Below, one piece after another: positions 19,283 to 29,162 of a stretch of 64,000 nt of DNA (the first letter of the stretch is position 1; every line of letters starts with the position of its first letter). The notes beneath the pieces are model-generated. The model was not told where the DNA came from. It worked only from the letters and a program-made list of their open reading frames with translations, and ran no database searches. Both the position numbers and the translations under genes were made by a program. Origin of the DNA: Patescibacteria group bacterium (GTDB lineage Bacteria > Patescibacteriota > Microgenomatia > JAMCYU01); the NCBI GenBank assembly GCA_023473585.1, contig JAMCYU010000005.1, forward strand, positions 762 to 64,761, given 5' to 3'.

Positions 19283-20000
19283 TTAATACTCTTTTAGAAT
19301 CTCTTGCCGTAAGTTTAAAAAACTGGTTATGTCTTTTTGCGAAACATCCAGATGGATACTCCGCCAAAAAGAAGTCATATCCTCGTAGGCTTGACGTGTA
19401 TAAGTGATGCCAACTTTGGCAACTAAGTCAAGAAGTCCTTTTAAAGGAAAGGCTGCAAAGTTATCTTCTCCTCCAATAAAGACAAATCCTTCTGGATCTT
19501 CATCACCTTCACCCGGCCATCCTCCCGAAAAAACAACTTTTCCTTTTGAAACGCGAATCATTTCTAAAATAGACCAGGCGGCTTCTTTGCCGTTTTGGGC
19601 ATATAAAGGCATCCCCATTGAGGAAATAACCAGGTCAAAACAATTATCCTTAAAAGGTAAAGAAATGACGGCGTCCGCAGCAATAATTCTTCCCGGAAAT
19701 CGAGCCGCTATCTTTGCCAGCTGTTTTTTTCTCCAGCTAAGATTACCACCAGTTTCCAAAGTCGGCAAAATATCTATCCCCGTATAATCCAAACCCTCAA
19801 TCATGGCCTGGCTAACAGCATTACCACCGCCAACACAAACATTAAGGATTTTCCTGCCAATTAGGTCTTTCCATTTTAAATTAAGAAGACATAAAAATCC
19901 CCGACTTGCCACCCTCGCTATAATCGGAAGTCAATGCACGGTTAGTTGATAATCCAAATTCTCCCACACTAATAAAAGGACAAGCTTCTCTAACAATCAT
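19283..20000 (-). CDS. divergent class I SAM methyltransferase-like protein, possibly frameshifted near its 5' end
   Basis: ILNVCVGGG, YTGID, LPFKDNCFDLV, EMIRV in ORF 19283-19912; promoter-adjacent ATG at 20000 is out of frame by one base. Confidence 0.6.
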
Positions 20001-20200
20001 GACGCTATTTTAACATAAAAACCAAAAAAGCCAGCCAAATCAATAATTTTTAACTTTTTGCCAAAAAAATTCTTTTCTTCGCCAATTTTAAGCTTTCTGC
20101 TAAATCTAATCATCACAAACTCTCCCGGTCAAAATCCGACGCCATAAAATTGCGAAAAGGGGGTTTTTGGTTTAAGACTAATTTATGTTAAAATATAGCC

Positions 20201-20546
20201 GCTTGGGAAGTCGGATGATTGCCCCGCCTTTGGCGGGAAGGAAAGTCCAGACAGCACAAAGCAAGGGACGGAGCGTAAGCTCCGACGCGTAAGCGCTGGT
20301 CTTCCGCTTTGCGGAAGCGGATTTTGAATTGACAGAATCCGAGAGCAACAGAGACGAGTCCGCCAATTGGCGGGGTGAAACGGGCAATCCCACCTGCTGT
20401 AACTTCCGACTGAGCCGATAAAGACCCAGACTTTGGGGAGGCTCGAAGAACGAAGGCACCGCGCCGAAAGGCGGGCAAGACGAGCCATCATCGCCTTGAG
20501 ATAGATGATCATCTAAAACAGAATCTGGCTTACGGACTTCCCAAGC
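20201..20546 (+). ncRNA. rnpB: RNase P RNA
   Basis: GAAGGAAAGTCC and ACAGAATCTGGCTTA conserved regions, CAACAGA, GGTGAAAC, TAGATGAT; terminal helix GCTTGGGAAGTC/GACTTCCCAAGC; TGTTAAAAT extended -10 upstream. Confidence 0.95.
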
Positions 20547-20550
20547 AATT

Positions 20551-21519
20551 TTATTTTTTTTCTGCGGTTACTTCCTGAAGAATCACCTGAAGTATTACCA
20601 CCGTCGGCACAGCCAAAAGAGCCCCAAAAATTCCGGCCAGTTTGCCGCCGATCATTAAGGCTAAAAGGGTCACAATCGGCGAAAGGCCAACCGCTTTTCT
20701 CATCACGGTCGGCACGATTAAGTTTCCTTCCGATTGATGAATAATAAAATACAAAGCCACGACCGCCAAAGCCAGGGCCGGCGAGGTGACTAAAGCGACC
20801 AAAACGGCCGGAATACCTGATAAAATCGGTCCAGCAAAAGGAACAATTTCTAAAATTCCGGCGGTAATAGCCAAAGGAAGTGCATAATCAATCCCCAAAG
20901 CCACTAAACCGATATAGGTCACCAAACCGATAAGAAACATGAGAAGCAGCTGCCCCCGAACCCAAGACCCTAACCTTTCCTCGATTTTACCCAGAAGTAG
21001 GACTAATTTTTTGCCCGAATCTTGGCCTAAAAAACTGACAAAGGTTTTTTCCAGATCCTCCCTTTCCAAAAGCAAATAAAAGGTAAAGATAAGAAACGTT
21101 ACAAGGGTAAAGATATTGGAAAATAAACCCACGGTCACGCGAAGAATGTCCCCGCTCACCGGAGTTAACTGTTGTGTCATGAACTCAAAATTTAAGGGCA
21201 AAAAGGTAAGGATTCTACTGGCCAACTCCGGAATCTTTTCCCAAAACCGCAGGGTTTGATTGATTAAAAGCGGAAAAATAGCCCCGCCTAAAGCTCCAAG
21301 AGAAATAAGAAAAGTAAGATAAATGACTAAAATAGACAAGAGACGTGGCACGCCTATTTTTTCCAGTTTTTGGACCAAAGGACGAAGAGCCGACATTAAA
21401 ATAAAGGCTAAAAATAAGATTAAAATAATATCGATAATTTGCCACAAAAACCAAAGCAGGAGCAACAATACGGCGGTAAAAAGAATCGTTTTATAGGAAA
21501 TCTCAATTCTTGTCGGCAT
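20551..21519 (-). CDS. AI-2E (PerM/UPF0118) family transporter
   Basis: Multi-TM; WVRGQL, EIVPFAGP, EGNLIVP, GALLAVP. Confidence 0.9.
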   Translation of the reverse strand: MPTRIEISYKTILFTAVLLLLLWFLWQIIDIILILFLAFILMSALRPLVQKLEKIGVPRLLSILVIYLTFLISLGALGGAIFPLLINQTLRFWEKIPELASRILTFLPLNFEFMTQQLTPVSGDILRVTVGLFSNIFTLVTFLIFTFYLLLEREDLEKTFVSFLGQDSGKKLVLLLGKIEERLGSWVRGQLLLMFLIGLVTYIGLVALGIDYALPLAITAGILEIVPFAGPILSGIPAVLVALVTSPALALAVVALYFIIHQSEGNLIVPTVMRKAVGLSPIVTLLALMIGGKLAGIFGALLAVPTVVILQVILQEVTAEKK

Positions 21520-21524
21520 AACAA

Positions 21525-22493
21525 CTATGCATTATACCATGAGCTAATCGTTTTTTCTATTTGTCTACTAAAGTTCGGGCAAGTTATGGCAAACCATTTA
21601 ATTCTTTTTTCTTTTTTAAGCCATGTTAACTGTCTTCTCGCATACCCATGTTCGGCCAATTGCCATTTAATAATGACTTCCTTTTTCGTCATTTCTCCGG
21701 CAAAATACGGCTGCCATTCACGATAACCAAGCGTTGTCCCCAAGACAGAATTTGTCCATGACAAACCCCGTTTTAGAAGATCTCTGATTTCCCTTTCTAA
21801 TCCTTGCTTTTCTCTGGCAATCACTCGCCGATCAATTTGCGCGTAGAGAAATTTATGGGGAGCCGTTAAGCCGATAAGTAAAGAGTCTAACTTTTGAGGT
21901 TTATTATTTAATTTTATGGGTTTTTTGTGCCTAGCTATTTCCAAAGCCCTTATCAAGCGTCTTGGGTTTTTTTTATCTGACTCATTCATCGTTTCCCATT
22001 TTCCCGGGTTAATTTTTTTTAACCTGTCCTGTAAAGTTTTTAAGCTTACTTTTTCTAAGCGCTGACGAAATTCCCAGTCGGGACCGATGCCTAAAGTGCC
22101 AAGACCGTCTAAAAATGACTTGATGTATAATCCTCCCCCGCCAACTAAAATCGGCAGCTTCCCTCTTTTAAGAATATCCTCTCTGACTAAATGGGCACAC
22201 CTTATATAGTCAGCCACCGTAAATTGACAATCGGGTCTAACCACGTCTAATAACCAAATTGCTCCTCCCATTGCCGTTTTCCAAAAGCCTAATTTTTTAT
22301 CGTTATACTTAATACTTGATCCTTGATACTGGCTACCTTGCGGCAGGTCTTTTCCTGTACCGATATCCATCCCCTGATAAACTTGTCTGGAATCGGCCGA
22401 AATGATTTCACCGTTAAATTTTTTGGCTAATTCTAGGGCCAGTTTGGTTTTACCCGTTGCCGTCGGTCCGCAAATAACTAAAATTTTATCCAT
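21525..22493 (-). CDS. miaA: tRNA dimethylallyltransferase
   Basis: GPTATGKT, ISADSRQVYQGMDIGTGK, NPRRLIRALE, YARRQLTW. Confidence 0.95.
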   Translation of the reverse strand: MDKILVICGPTATGKTKLALELAKKFNGEIISADSRQVYQGMDIGTGKDLPQGSQYQGSSIKYNDKKLGFWKTAMGGAIWLLDVVRPDCQFTVADYIRCAHLVREDILKRGKLPILVGGGGLYIKSFLDGLGTLGIGPDWEFRQRLEKVSLKTLQDRLKKINPGKWETMNESDKKNPRRLIRALEIARHKKPIKLNNKPQKLDSLLIGLTAPHKFLYAQIDRRVIAREKQGLEREIRDLLKRGLSWTNSVLGTTLGYREWQPYFAGEMTKKEVIIKWQLAEHGYARRQLTWLKKEKRIKWFAITCPNFSRQIEKTISSWYNA

Positions 22494-22987
22494 AACCATT
22501 GTTTAAATCTCTTTAAATCTTTTAAAATCAAAAAACATAGGCGTTTCCATAAATTGGCAAAATAGGTTATATTAAATAAAATCATACTGACGATAATAAT
22601 GGCATCATAACTTCGGCGAATAAAATATTCATCGTCAAGCATGAGCCACATCCCAAACTCATCAAAAGTCAAAGCTAAACCGATGCCGAAGAAAGCCGCC
22701 AGTTTAATTTTCCAGGCCTGAACATAATGATATGGCAAAACCATGACCGAATAACCGATAACACTGTTTAAAAGTATCCCCCAGGCAAAATGATGAATAT
22801 GAACTCCCCTAACGTTTCTGGTGATTGACTCCGGTACCAAACCCAAAAGCGATAGATAAACCCAGGTTCTGGCTAAAATAAAAGTTATTAAAAAGAAAAA
22901 GAAAATAACAAAAGGCACGCCTTCTTTTTGTTTTTTGACAAATTTTTCATAAAGAAAATATGGTGGTTTAAAAATATTATTTTCCAT
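22478..22987 (-). CDS. hypothetical integral membrane protein
   Basis: About four TM helices with HIHH and LTFDEF motifs; ATG 22987 avoids overlap with the divergent gene. Confidence 0.7.
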   Translation of the reverse strand: MENNIFKPPYFLYEKFVKKQKEGVPFVIFFFFLITFILARTWVYLSLLGLVPESITRNVRGVHIHHFAWGILLNSVIGYSVMVLPYHYVQAWKIKLAAFFGIGLALTFDEFGMWLMLDDEYFIRRSYDAIIIVSMILFNITYFANLWKRLCFLILKDLKRFKQWLWIKF

Positions 22988-23030
22988 CTTTCTTCTATAT
23001 GATATACTAAAATCCAAAGGAGAAAGCAAG

Positions 23031-23405
23031 ATGATCACCAAAAATCAAATTTACCGCTGTAACGTTTGTGGCAATATCGTCACTGTTTTATACGCCGGTG
23101 GCGGACAATTAGTTTGCTGCGGGCAGCCAATGGAACTCCTTCAGGAAAAAACCCAAGATGAAGGAGCGGAGAAACATGTTCCCGTGGTGGAGAAAACCGC
23201 TAATGGGATTAAGGTCAAAATCGGTTCCGTCCCGCATCCGATGGAAGAAAATCATTACATTCTCTGGATCGAGGTTATCGCTGATGGCGAAACGTTGCGC
23301 CATTTCTTAAAACCGGGCGATGGGCCGGAAGCGGAATTTTATCTAAAGGCGGAAAAAATAACGGTCAGAGACTATTGTAATATTCACGGGCTTTGGCAAG
23401 CCTAA
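23031..23405 (+). CDS. dfx: desulfoferrodoxin (2Fe superoxide reductase)
   Basis: CxxC..CC desulforedoxin domain, EKHVP, HPM...HYI, CNIHG; SD AAGGAG. Confidence 0.95.
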   Translation: MITKNQIYRCNVCGNIVTVLYAGGGQLVCCGQPMELLQEKTQDEGAEKHVPVVEKTANGIKVKIGSVPHPMEENHYILWIEVIADGETLRHFLKPGDGPEAEFYLKAEKITVRDYCNIHGLWQA

Positions 23406-23406
23406 T

Positions 23407-24423
23407 TTAGATGTTAATTAATTTGTCTAAAATTCGGAAACGCCGCTTTTTTTCTTGATGCGAAACATCATCTTTAAATTTAAAAGCCGCCGTTTGCGGA
23501 CGGGGTGAATACATCGCTATATAGGCTTTAACAAAGCCAACTTTCTTGCATAATTTAAAAGTATTCAAAAATTGCTCCTCTGTTTCACCAGGAAATCCCA
23601 CAATAATATCAGTACCGATTTGCATCTTGGGAATTTGTTTTTTGATTTTTTTGACTAAATTTAAATAATCAGAAGTCTTATAATGACGATTCATCATCTT
23701 CAAAATTTCATCATCTCCGGACTGCACGGGTAAATGCAAGTAGCGGTCTATTTTGGGAAGTTTTAAGGCTTCAATAATTTCGTCGGTCAGATCCCAAGGA
23801 TTAGAAGTCATAAAGGAAATTTTCTCTAAACCGGATAAATCATTTAAAGTACGCAATAAATTGGCAAAAGTTGCTTTTGTATTTTGAAGGTCTCGACCAT
23901 AAGCATTAACATTTTGACCGAGAAGCATTATTTCTTTATTTCCCCGCCTTGTTAATTCTTCGACTTCACAAATAATTTCTTCCAATGGTTTTGAAATTTC
24001 TCGGCCGCGGCTGTAAGGAACGACGCAATAAGTACAAAAATTATTACAACCCTCCATGATGGAAACAAAAGCAGACGTTTTTGAATTGTGAATTGTGAAT
24101 TGAGAATTGTGAATTAGATCGGAGATTTTGATAAACTCATCAACCCCTGGCAGTTTCTTTTTTAAAGAAGTTATGCCGTGATAGAGCATGCAACCCGTAA
24201 GAATGATTTTTTGCTTCTTTTTCTTTTTTTTAATGAGATTATTTACTAATCCCAAAACCCGATGTTCGGCCGATTCACGAACCGAACAGGTATTAATCAC
24301 AATTTCATCTGCTCCATCAATAGACTCCGCTTTTTGCCAACCACGAGATTCATATCCGGCGGCTATTCTTTCCGAATCGGCCTCGTTCATCTGACAACCG
24401 AAAGTCTTAATAAAATATTTCAT
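23407..24423 (-). CDS. miaB: MiaB-type radical SAM methylthiotransferase lacking TRAM domain
   Basis: TFGCQMN, NTCSVR, TGCM, CNNFCTYC, HLPVQSG, DIIVGFPGET; ends right after the radical SAM core. Confidence 0.85.
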   Translation of the reverse strand: MKYFIKTFGCQMNEADSERIAAGYESRGWQKAESIDGADEIVINTCSVRESAEHRVLGLVNNLIKKKKKKQKIILTGCMLYHGITSLKKKLPGVDEFIKISDLIHNSQFTIHNSKTSAFVSIMEGCNNFCTYCVVPYSRGREISKPLEEIICEVEELTRRGNKEIMLLGQNVNAYGRDLQNTKATFANLLRTLNDLSGLEKISFMTSNPWDLTDEIIEALKLPKIDRYLHLPVQSGDDEILKMMNRHYKTSDYLNLVKKIKKQIPKMQIGTDIIVGFPGETEEQFLNTFKLCKKVGFVKAYIAMYSPRPQTAAFKFKDDVSHQEKKRRFRILDKLINI

Positions 24424-24427
24424 AAGG

Positions 24428-25219
24428 TTAACTTGAGGCGGAAGAATATTGCCCCAGGGCAAAATGCCAAAGTTTTAAACTTAAAATAAAAAGAAAAATA
24501 CCGATTAAAAAAGCCACCAAAATTCCCCAACCCGACAAAAGACCCATTAGGGCTTTAGCCGGAAAAGCCATCATAATCCCGACCGGCAAAATATAGGTTA
24601 TCAAGAAACGTAAAGGTTCCTTATAAACATCAATGGGAATCATGGCCATTCTCGTTACGTCACGATAGAGCATAATCGAATTATCTATTTCCGTCGTTAA
24701 GATCCCCAAAGCTAAAACCGCAATATGAAAAGCGGCGGCAATTAAAAAAGCGTTGGCAATTAAAAGAAGATAAAAAATTACTCCCCATAACGTGATCCCG
24801 CCGATTTTACCGGCTAAATAAATCGTGGCAAAAGCAAAAGGGACAAACATTAAAAGATCGACAACGTCGGCACCACCGGCTAAAACCCGAAACAAAGGAT
24901 TAATGGGTTTGGCTAAAACCAAATCAAAATTGCCGGAAACAACCAAGGGTCTAAAACGATAAACCTCTCGGAAAAGAAGTTGAACGCCAGTATCGATTAA
25001 ATTATAAGTTAAGACAAAAAGGGCGGCCTGATATAAATTATAACCGGCCAAAACTTTTGTTTTGGAAAGTAAAAAGAGCAAAAAAACAAAGAAGAAGGTG
25101 AAGCGCAGGGCCTTGCCTACAAAAAAAAGACCGAAACTGAAACGTGAGGTTAACATCGTCATAAAAGAATAGGCCGTTAATTTTAACCAAACACGTAAAT
25201 ATCTTTTAAGATTTTTCAT
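24428..25219 (-). CDS. ABC-2 family permease
   Basis: Six TM pattern, GNFDLVLAKP, C-terminal YSSASS. Confidence 0.85.
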   Translation of the reverse strand: MKNLKRYLRVWLKLTAYSFMTMLTSRFSFGLFFVGKALRFTFFFVFLLFLLSKTKVLAGYNLYQAALFVLTYNLIDTGVQLLFREVYRFRPLVVSGNFDLVLAKPINPLFRVLAGGADVVDLLMFVPFAFATIYLAGKIGGITLWGVIFYLLLIANAFLIAAAFHIAVLALGILTTEIDNSIMLYRDVTRMAMIPIDVYKEPLRFLITYILPVGIMMAFPAKALMGLLSGWGILVAFLIGIFLFILSLKLWHFALGQYSSASS

Positions 25220-25222
25220 CTT

Positions 25223-26029
25223 TTATCTTCCTTCGGCTCCATAAACTTTAAGTCCCGCCCTCCATGTTTTATTAACAATAATAAACCAAATCCCTAACCA
25301 GGCAAAACCAAGACTAAAACCGAAGACAATTTGGATGAAATTTACCTGGCCTAAATAGATTTTTAAGGGAAAATAAAGAAGATACGGGAAAGGAGTCAGT
25401 TGAAGAAAATTAAATAAAGGCTTTGGCAACATGTCCAGAGGAAAAATTGTGCCGGCAAAAAATTCCAGGAAAATAGAAAAAACAAATCTCGGACCCCAAA
25501 CGCCGGACCATGATTCCGGCGTCCAAAAGGCAATCAGTCCTAAAAACAAATTAATGAAAAAATAAAGAATGGTTGAAAGCATTAAAGATAAAATAAAAGT
25601 CATCAACAACAAGAGATTGGTCTGTAAGAAAAACGGCGGCTTAACGATCAAGAAAAATAAGGTTAGTTCTATACTGACAAAAAAAATATTTAAAAGCTTG
25701 TCGGCAAGGTCGCGGGAAAACCAATAAACCAAAAAATTCAAGGGCTTAAGAAGATAATTGGTTAAATTTCCCTGATTTATTTCCGAACCCACATCAATTG
25801 TCCGTGATGAAAAAATAAGCGATCGAACAAAAGCAACCCCGATAATATAAGTTAAAATCGTCCTTTGTTGCCAGCCGAAAAGACTCGTTTGACCGCCAAA
25901 AATGGCCAACCAAAAAAAATAAATGGTAATAAAACCGATAAAACTTCGAAGTCTCCAAACTAAAAAATTAAGCCGGTACATTGCGTATTCAGCCCAAGTA
26001 TTTTTGATCGTTAACCAGTATTTTTTCAT
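25223..26029 (-). CDS. ABC-2 family permease
   Basis: YRLNF, INQGNLTNYLLKP, G.IFPLD, C-terminal YGAEGR. Confidence 0.85.
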   Translation of the reverse strand: MKKYWLTIKNTWAEYAMYRLNFLVWRLRSFIGFITIYFFWLAIFGGQTSLFGWQQRTILTYIIGVAFVRSLIFSSRTIDVGSEINQGNLTNYLLKPLNFLVYWFSRDLADKLLNIFFVSIELTLFFLIVKPPFFLQTNLLLLMTFILSLMLSTILYFFINLFLGLIAFWTPESWSGVWGPRFVFSIFLEFFAGTIFPLDMLPKPLFNFLQLTPFPYLLYFPLKIYLGQVNFIQIVFGFSLGFAWLGIWFIIVNKTWRAGLKVYGAEGR

Positions 26030-26036
26030 AAAAAGA

Positions 26037-27008
26037 TTATTTATGAGAGAAGACCTGACGAATAATATCTTCAATGGCCGGTTCTTCGATTAAAAGATCG
26101 GCGACGGGAAAGTCCCGTAAGAGTTCCGAAGCCGCCAAGGAAATGACTCCCCGAGGAACGGAAATCAGAGCTTTAGGATATTCATATTTTTTTATTTCTC
26201 CGATTTTTTGCAGTTTTTTCGCATCAATATCGTGACTGAAGATAACTGACAAAAGTTTATAGCCGGCATATTTTTCGACTAATTTCTGCAAATTCCCATC
26301 ATAGATAAGCTTTCCTTTATCAATAATGACAACTCTTTCGGCTAATTCTTGAACATCCCCCATATAATGGCTGGTTAAAATAATGGTCGCTTTGTAAAGC
26401 CGGTTATAGTCAGCTAAAAAATCACGAATCTTTTTTTGAGAAATAACATCCAAACCAATCGTCGGTTCATCTAAAAATAAAACTTTGGGCGAATGGAGAA
26501 GGGCCGCAACTAATTCGCATTTCATGCGTTCACCCAAAGATAATCTTCTGGTGGGGACTTTTAATAAATCTTTAATCTCTAAAAGTCTGGTTAAATCAGT
26601 CAAGGTCTTTTCAAATTGGGCATCGGGAATTTGGTAAATTTCTTTATTTAAAAGAAAGGTTTCCATTGGCGGTAAATCCCACCAGAGTTGATTTTTTTGA
26701 CCCATAACCAGGCTGATGTTTTTTAAAAATTCCGTCTGGCGCTCATAAGGGGTAAAACCGGCCACTGAAACTTCACCGCTGGTAGGGTATAAAAGTCCTG
26801 ATAAGACTTTTAAAGTCGTTGTTTTGCCGGCTCCGTTTGGACCGATAAAACCCACTAATTCTCCCTCTTTAATCGAAAAGGAAAGATCGTCAACGGCTTT
26901 AACGTCTAAAGACTGACGGTTAAGCAAAGATTTAAAAGAACCTAAAAGACCGGCCTCTTTTTGCCAGACCTGATAATTTTTTTTAAGATGAGAAACGGCA
27001 ATCATCAT
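26037..27008 (-). CDS. ABC transporter ATP-binding protein
   Basis: GPNGAGKTT, LSLGERM, LFLDEPT, TSH. Confidence 0.93.
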   Translation of the reverse strand: MMIAVSHLKKNYQVWQKEAGLLGSFKSLLNRQSLDVKAVDDLSFSIKEGELVGFIGPNGAGKTTTLKVLSGLLYPTSGEVSVAGFTPYERQTEFLKNISLVMGQKNQLWWDLPPMETFLLNKEIYQIPDAQFEKTLTDLTRLLEIKDLLKVPTRRLSLGERMKCELVAALLHSPKVLFLDEPTIGLDVISQKKIRDFLADYNRLYKATIILTSHYMGDVQELAERVVIIDKGKLIYDGNLQKLVEKYAGYKLLSVIFSHDIDAKKLQKIGEIKKYEYPKALISVPRGVISLAASELLRDFPVADLLIEEPAIEDIIRQVFSHK

Positions 27009-27097
27009 AAATTTCTAATTTCTAATTGGTCTCATTATACCAAAAAGAGAAGCTCCCATTCAGGGAAACCTCTCTTTAATTATCAATTAACTAAATC

Positions 27098-27370
27098 TTA
27101 CCTGACAACTTTTTTTAAGGCTTTGCCGGCGGTAAAACCAGGAGTTTTTCTGGCCGGAATATCAATCGCCGCTCCAGTTTGGGGATTTCGTCCCTTTCTG
27201 GCGGCTCGAGAACGAACGGAAAAAGTCCCGAATCCGGTGATAACGACTTTCTCGCCTTTCTTTAAAGTATCAGCCACTCCACCAAAAACGGCGGCGACGG
27301 CTTCTCTGGCTGCTTTATTGGTAAGATTAACTTTCTTGGCGACGTGTTCGATTAAATCAGCTTTAGTCAT
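27098..27370 (-). CDS. hup: DNA-binding protein HU
   Basis: GFGTF, RKGRNPQTG, F.AGKALK; SD AAAGGAGGTGA; TTGACA-17-TACATT promoter. Confidence 0.96.
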   Translation of the reverse strand: MTKADLIEHVAKKVNLTNKAAREAVAAVFGGVADTLKKGEKVVITGFGTFSVRSRAARKGRNPQTGAAIDIPARKTPGFTAGKALKKVVR

Positions 27371-27527
27371 GAAGATTCACCTCCTTTAGGCAGATAAATT
27401 TGGTTTTAGGCTGTAGTTAAAGCCTTCCGCCAACAATGTAGAGGATTCTTCGCGTCTTGTCAAGGAGTATTAAATATAACAAACTAGATAGAGCATCCCG
27501 TCGCCAAATTCTCATAGATTACGTTTC

Positions 27528-28973
27528 TTATTTGGCTGTTTCGGTAATGCGCAATTCGCGGATAACGGTGACTTTGACTTGCCCCGGATAGGTTAATTTC
27601 TTTTCAATCTCGTCTTTAATCTTTTGCGCTAAAACCGTGGCCGCCGCGTCGTCTAAAACGCCGGGGTCAACAATAACCCTAATTTCCCGACCGGCCTGAA
27701 AAGCATAAGCTTCCTTAACTCCCTCTTTTGTTTTCGCAATCGCTTCAAGATCGGTTAATCTTTTCAAATACTCTTCGTAATCTTCGTACCTGGCCCCCGG
27801 TCTGGCGCCGGAAATGGCATCGGCAATATAAACAATCATTGATTCGATACTCGAAAAAGGCTTATCCTCGTGATGCTCTTCAACACAGGCGATGACAGCT
27901 TCGGGCATACCGTTCTTCTTCAAAAGATCAACGGCCAAACTAACATGAGTGCCCTCTTCTTCGGTAATCACCTTACCAATATCATGCAGTAAACAACCAA
28001 GCCTGACAATATTAATATTGGCGCCCACTTCTTGAGCCAAAGCCACGCCGATTTTCGTTTCTTCCAAGGTGTGGGCGATCATATTTTGACCGTAAGAAAA
28101 ACGGTATTTAAACCGTCCTAAAAGAGCAAGTTTATCGGCCGGAAGATTATAGACGCCGACATTATGAGCGAGTTTCTCGCCTTCCGTAAACATGATTTTT
28201 TCAAGATCTTGTTTAACCCGAGTTACCAATTCCTCAATTCTCCCCGGCTGAATTCGGCCGTCAGCCATCAGTTTTTCTAAAGCGACTTTGGCCACCTCTC
28301 TTCTGATCGGATCAAATGAAGAAAGTCTGATCACGCCTTCCTCGTCTAAATCAACATCAACCCCGGTCGCAACCTCAAACGCCCTGATGTTTCTGCCTTC
28401 CTTACCGATGATTCTGCCTTTAAGCTCTTCATCGCCAAGTTTAACCGTGGAAACGGTGTATTCGGCAACGTAATCTGTGGCTCCATGTCGCATCGCCTCC
28501 ACGAGAATTTCCCGGGCTTTATTGTCAGCTTCTTCTTTAGCCTTGGCTTCGGCTTCCTTAATCCTCTTGGCAATATCTTCCTTAAGTCTTTCTTCTAAAG
28601 CCGCTAAAATAAGATTTTTGGCTTCTTCCCTGGTCAGACCGGCCGCCCGTTCCAATTTCGCAACCTGGTCCTGTTTAACCTTATCAATCTCTCCTAAGCG
28701 GCTTTTCAGCTCTTCGTCTTTACTGACTAAATATTTTTCTTTTTCTTCTAAAGCCCCCATTTTCCTGGCCATCTCGGCTTCTTGATTCCGCAGTTTATTG
28801 GCTTCTTCCTGGGCCTCTCGGCGAATTTTTAAAGCCTCTTCGCGGGCTTCGGTGATAATTTCCTGGGCGCGGTTTTGGGTAACCGGTGAAACCTGTGGCG
28901 TCTGTGGTAGAGGCTCGATCTTTTTCTTTTTGGGTTTTAAAAAAATCTCTTTAAGATTATCTAAAAATGACAT
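27528..28973 (-). CDS. rny: ribonuclease Y
   Basis: Coiled coil, KH (KGRIIGKEGRNIR), HD (LLHDIGK), ADAISGARPGAR, YPGQVKV. Confidence 0.96.
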   Translation of the reverse strand: MSFLDNLKEIFLKPKKKKIEPLPQTPQVSPVTQNRAQEIITEAREEALKIRREAQEEANKLRNQEAEMARKMGALEEKEKYLVSKDEELKSRLGEIDKVKQDQVAKLERAAGLTREEAKNLILAALEERLKEDIAKRIKEAEAKAKEEADNKAREILVEAMRHGATDYVAEYTVSTVKLGDEELKGRIIGKEGRNIRAFEVATGVDVDLDEEGVIRLSSFDPIRREVAKVALEKLMADGRIQPGRIEELVTRVKQDLEKIMFTEGEKLAHNVGVYNLPADKLALLGRFKYRFSYGQNMIAHTLEETKIGVALAQEVGANINIVRLGCLLHDIGKVITEEEGTHVSLAVDLLKKNGMPEAVIACVEEHHEDKPFSSIESMIVYIADAISGARPGARYEDYEEYLKRLTDLEAIAKTKEGVKEAYAFQAGREIRVIVDPGVLDDAAATVLAQKIKDEIEKKLTYPGQVKVTVIRELRITETAK

Positions 28974-28985
28974 ACTTTACCTTTC

Positions 28986-29118
28986 TTGATAAATGTTAGA
29001 GGAGAGAGACCCACCAAATTAAGGTGGTTTTAAACGCTAGTTGTAAGTTTAATATGAAGTTTATGGGTTAAAATATTCATATTTAACGCTTAAATCTCTG
29101 CTTTCTCACATTTATCAA
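28986..29118 (-). ncRNA. candidate structured RNA / leader upstream of rny
   Basis: Nested stems TTGATAAATGT/ACATTTATCAA, TTTAAGCGTT/AGCGTTTAAA, AATATGAA/TTCATATT, side hairpin CCACC/GGTGG. Confidence 0.55.
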
Positions 29119-29133
29119 TTGTTAACTTAAGTT

Positions 29134-29162
29134 ATCTTACTCTTTTTCTTTAATTTCGTCAA
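29134..29162 (-). promoter_or_regulatory. promoter for the rny leader, overlapping the recX 3' end
   Basis: TTGACG (29157-29162), 17 bp, TAAGAT (29134-29139). Confidence 0.6.

Noticed and set aside
20018-20173. Possible MITE (AAACCAAAAA/TTTTTGGTTT) or decayed methyltransferase fragment
   Set aside because: Low-complexity 10-bp match without target duplication; peptide resemblance too short to support
20178-20512. Three overlapping minus-strand ORFs (93-109 aa)
   Set aside because: Shadows of the GC-rich RNase P RNA on the plus strand
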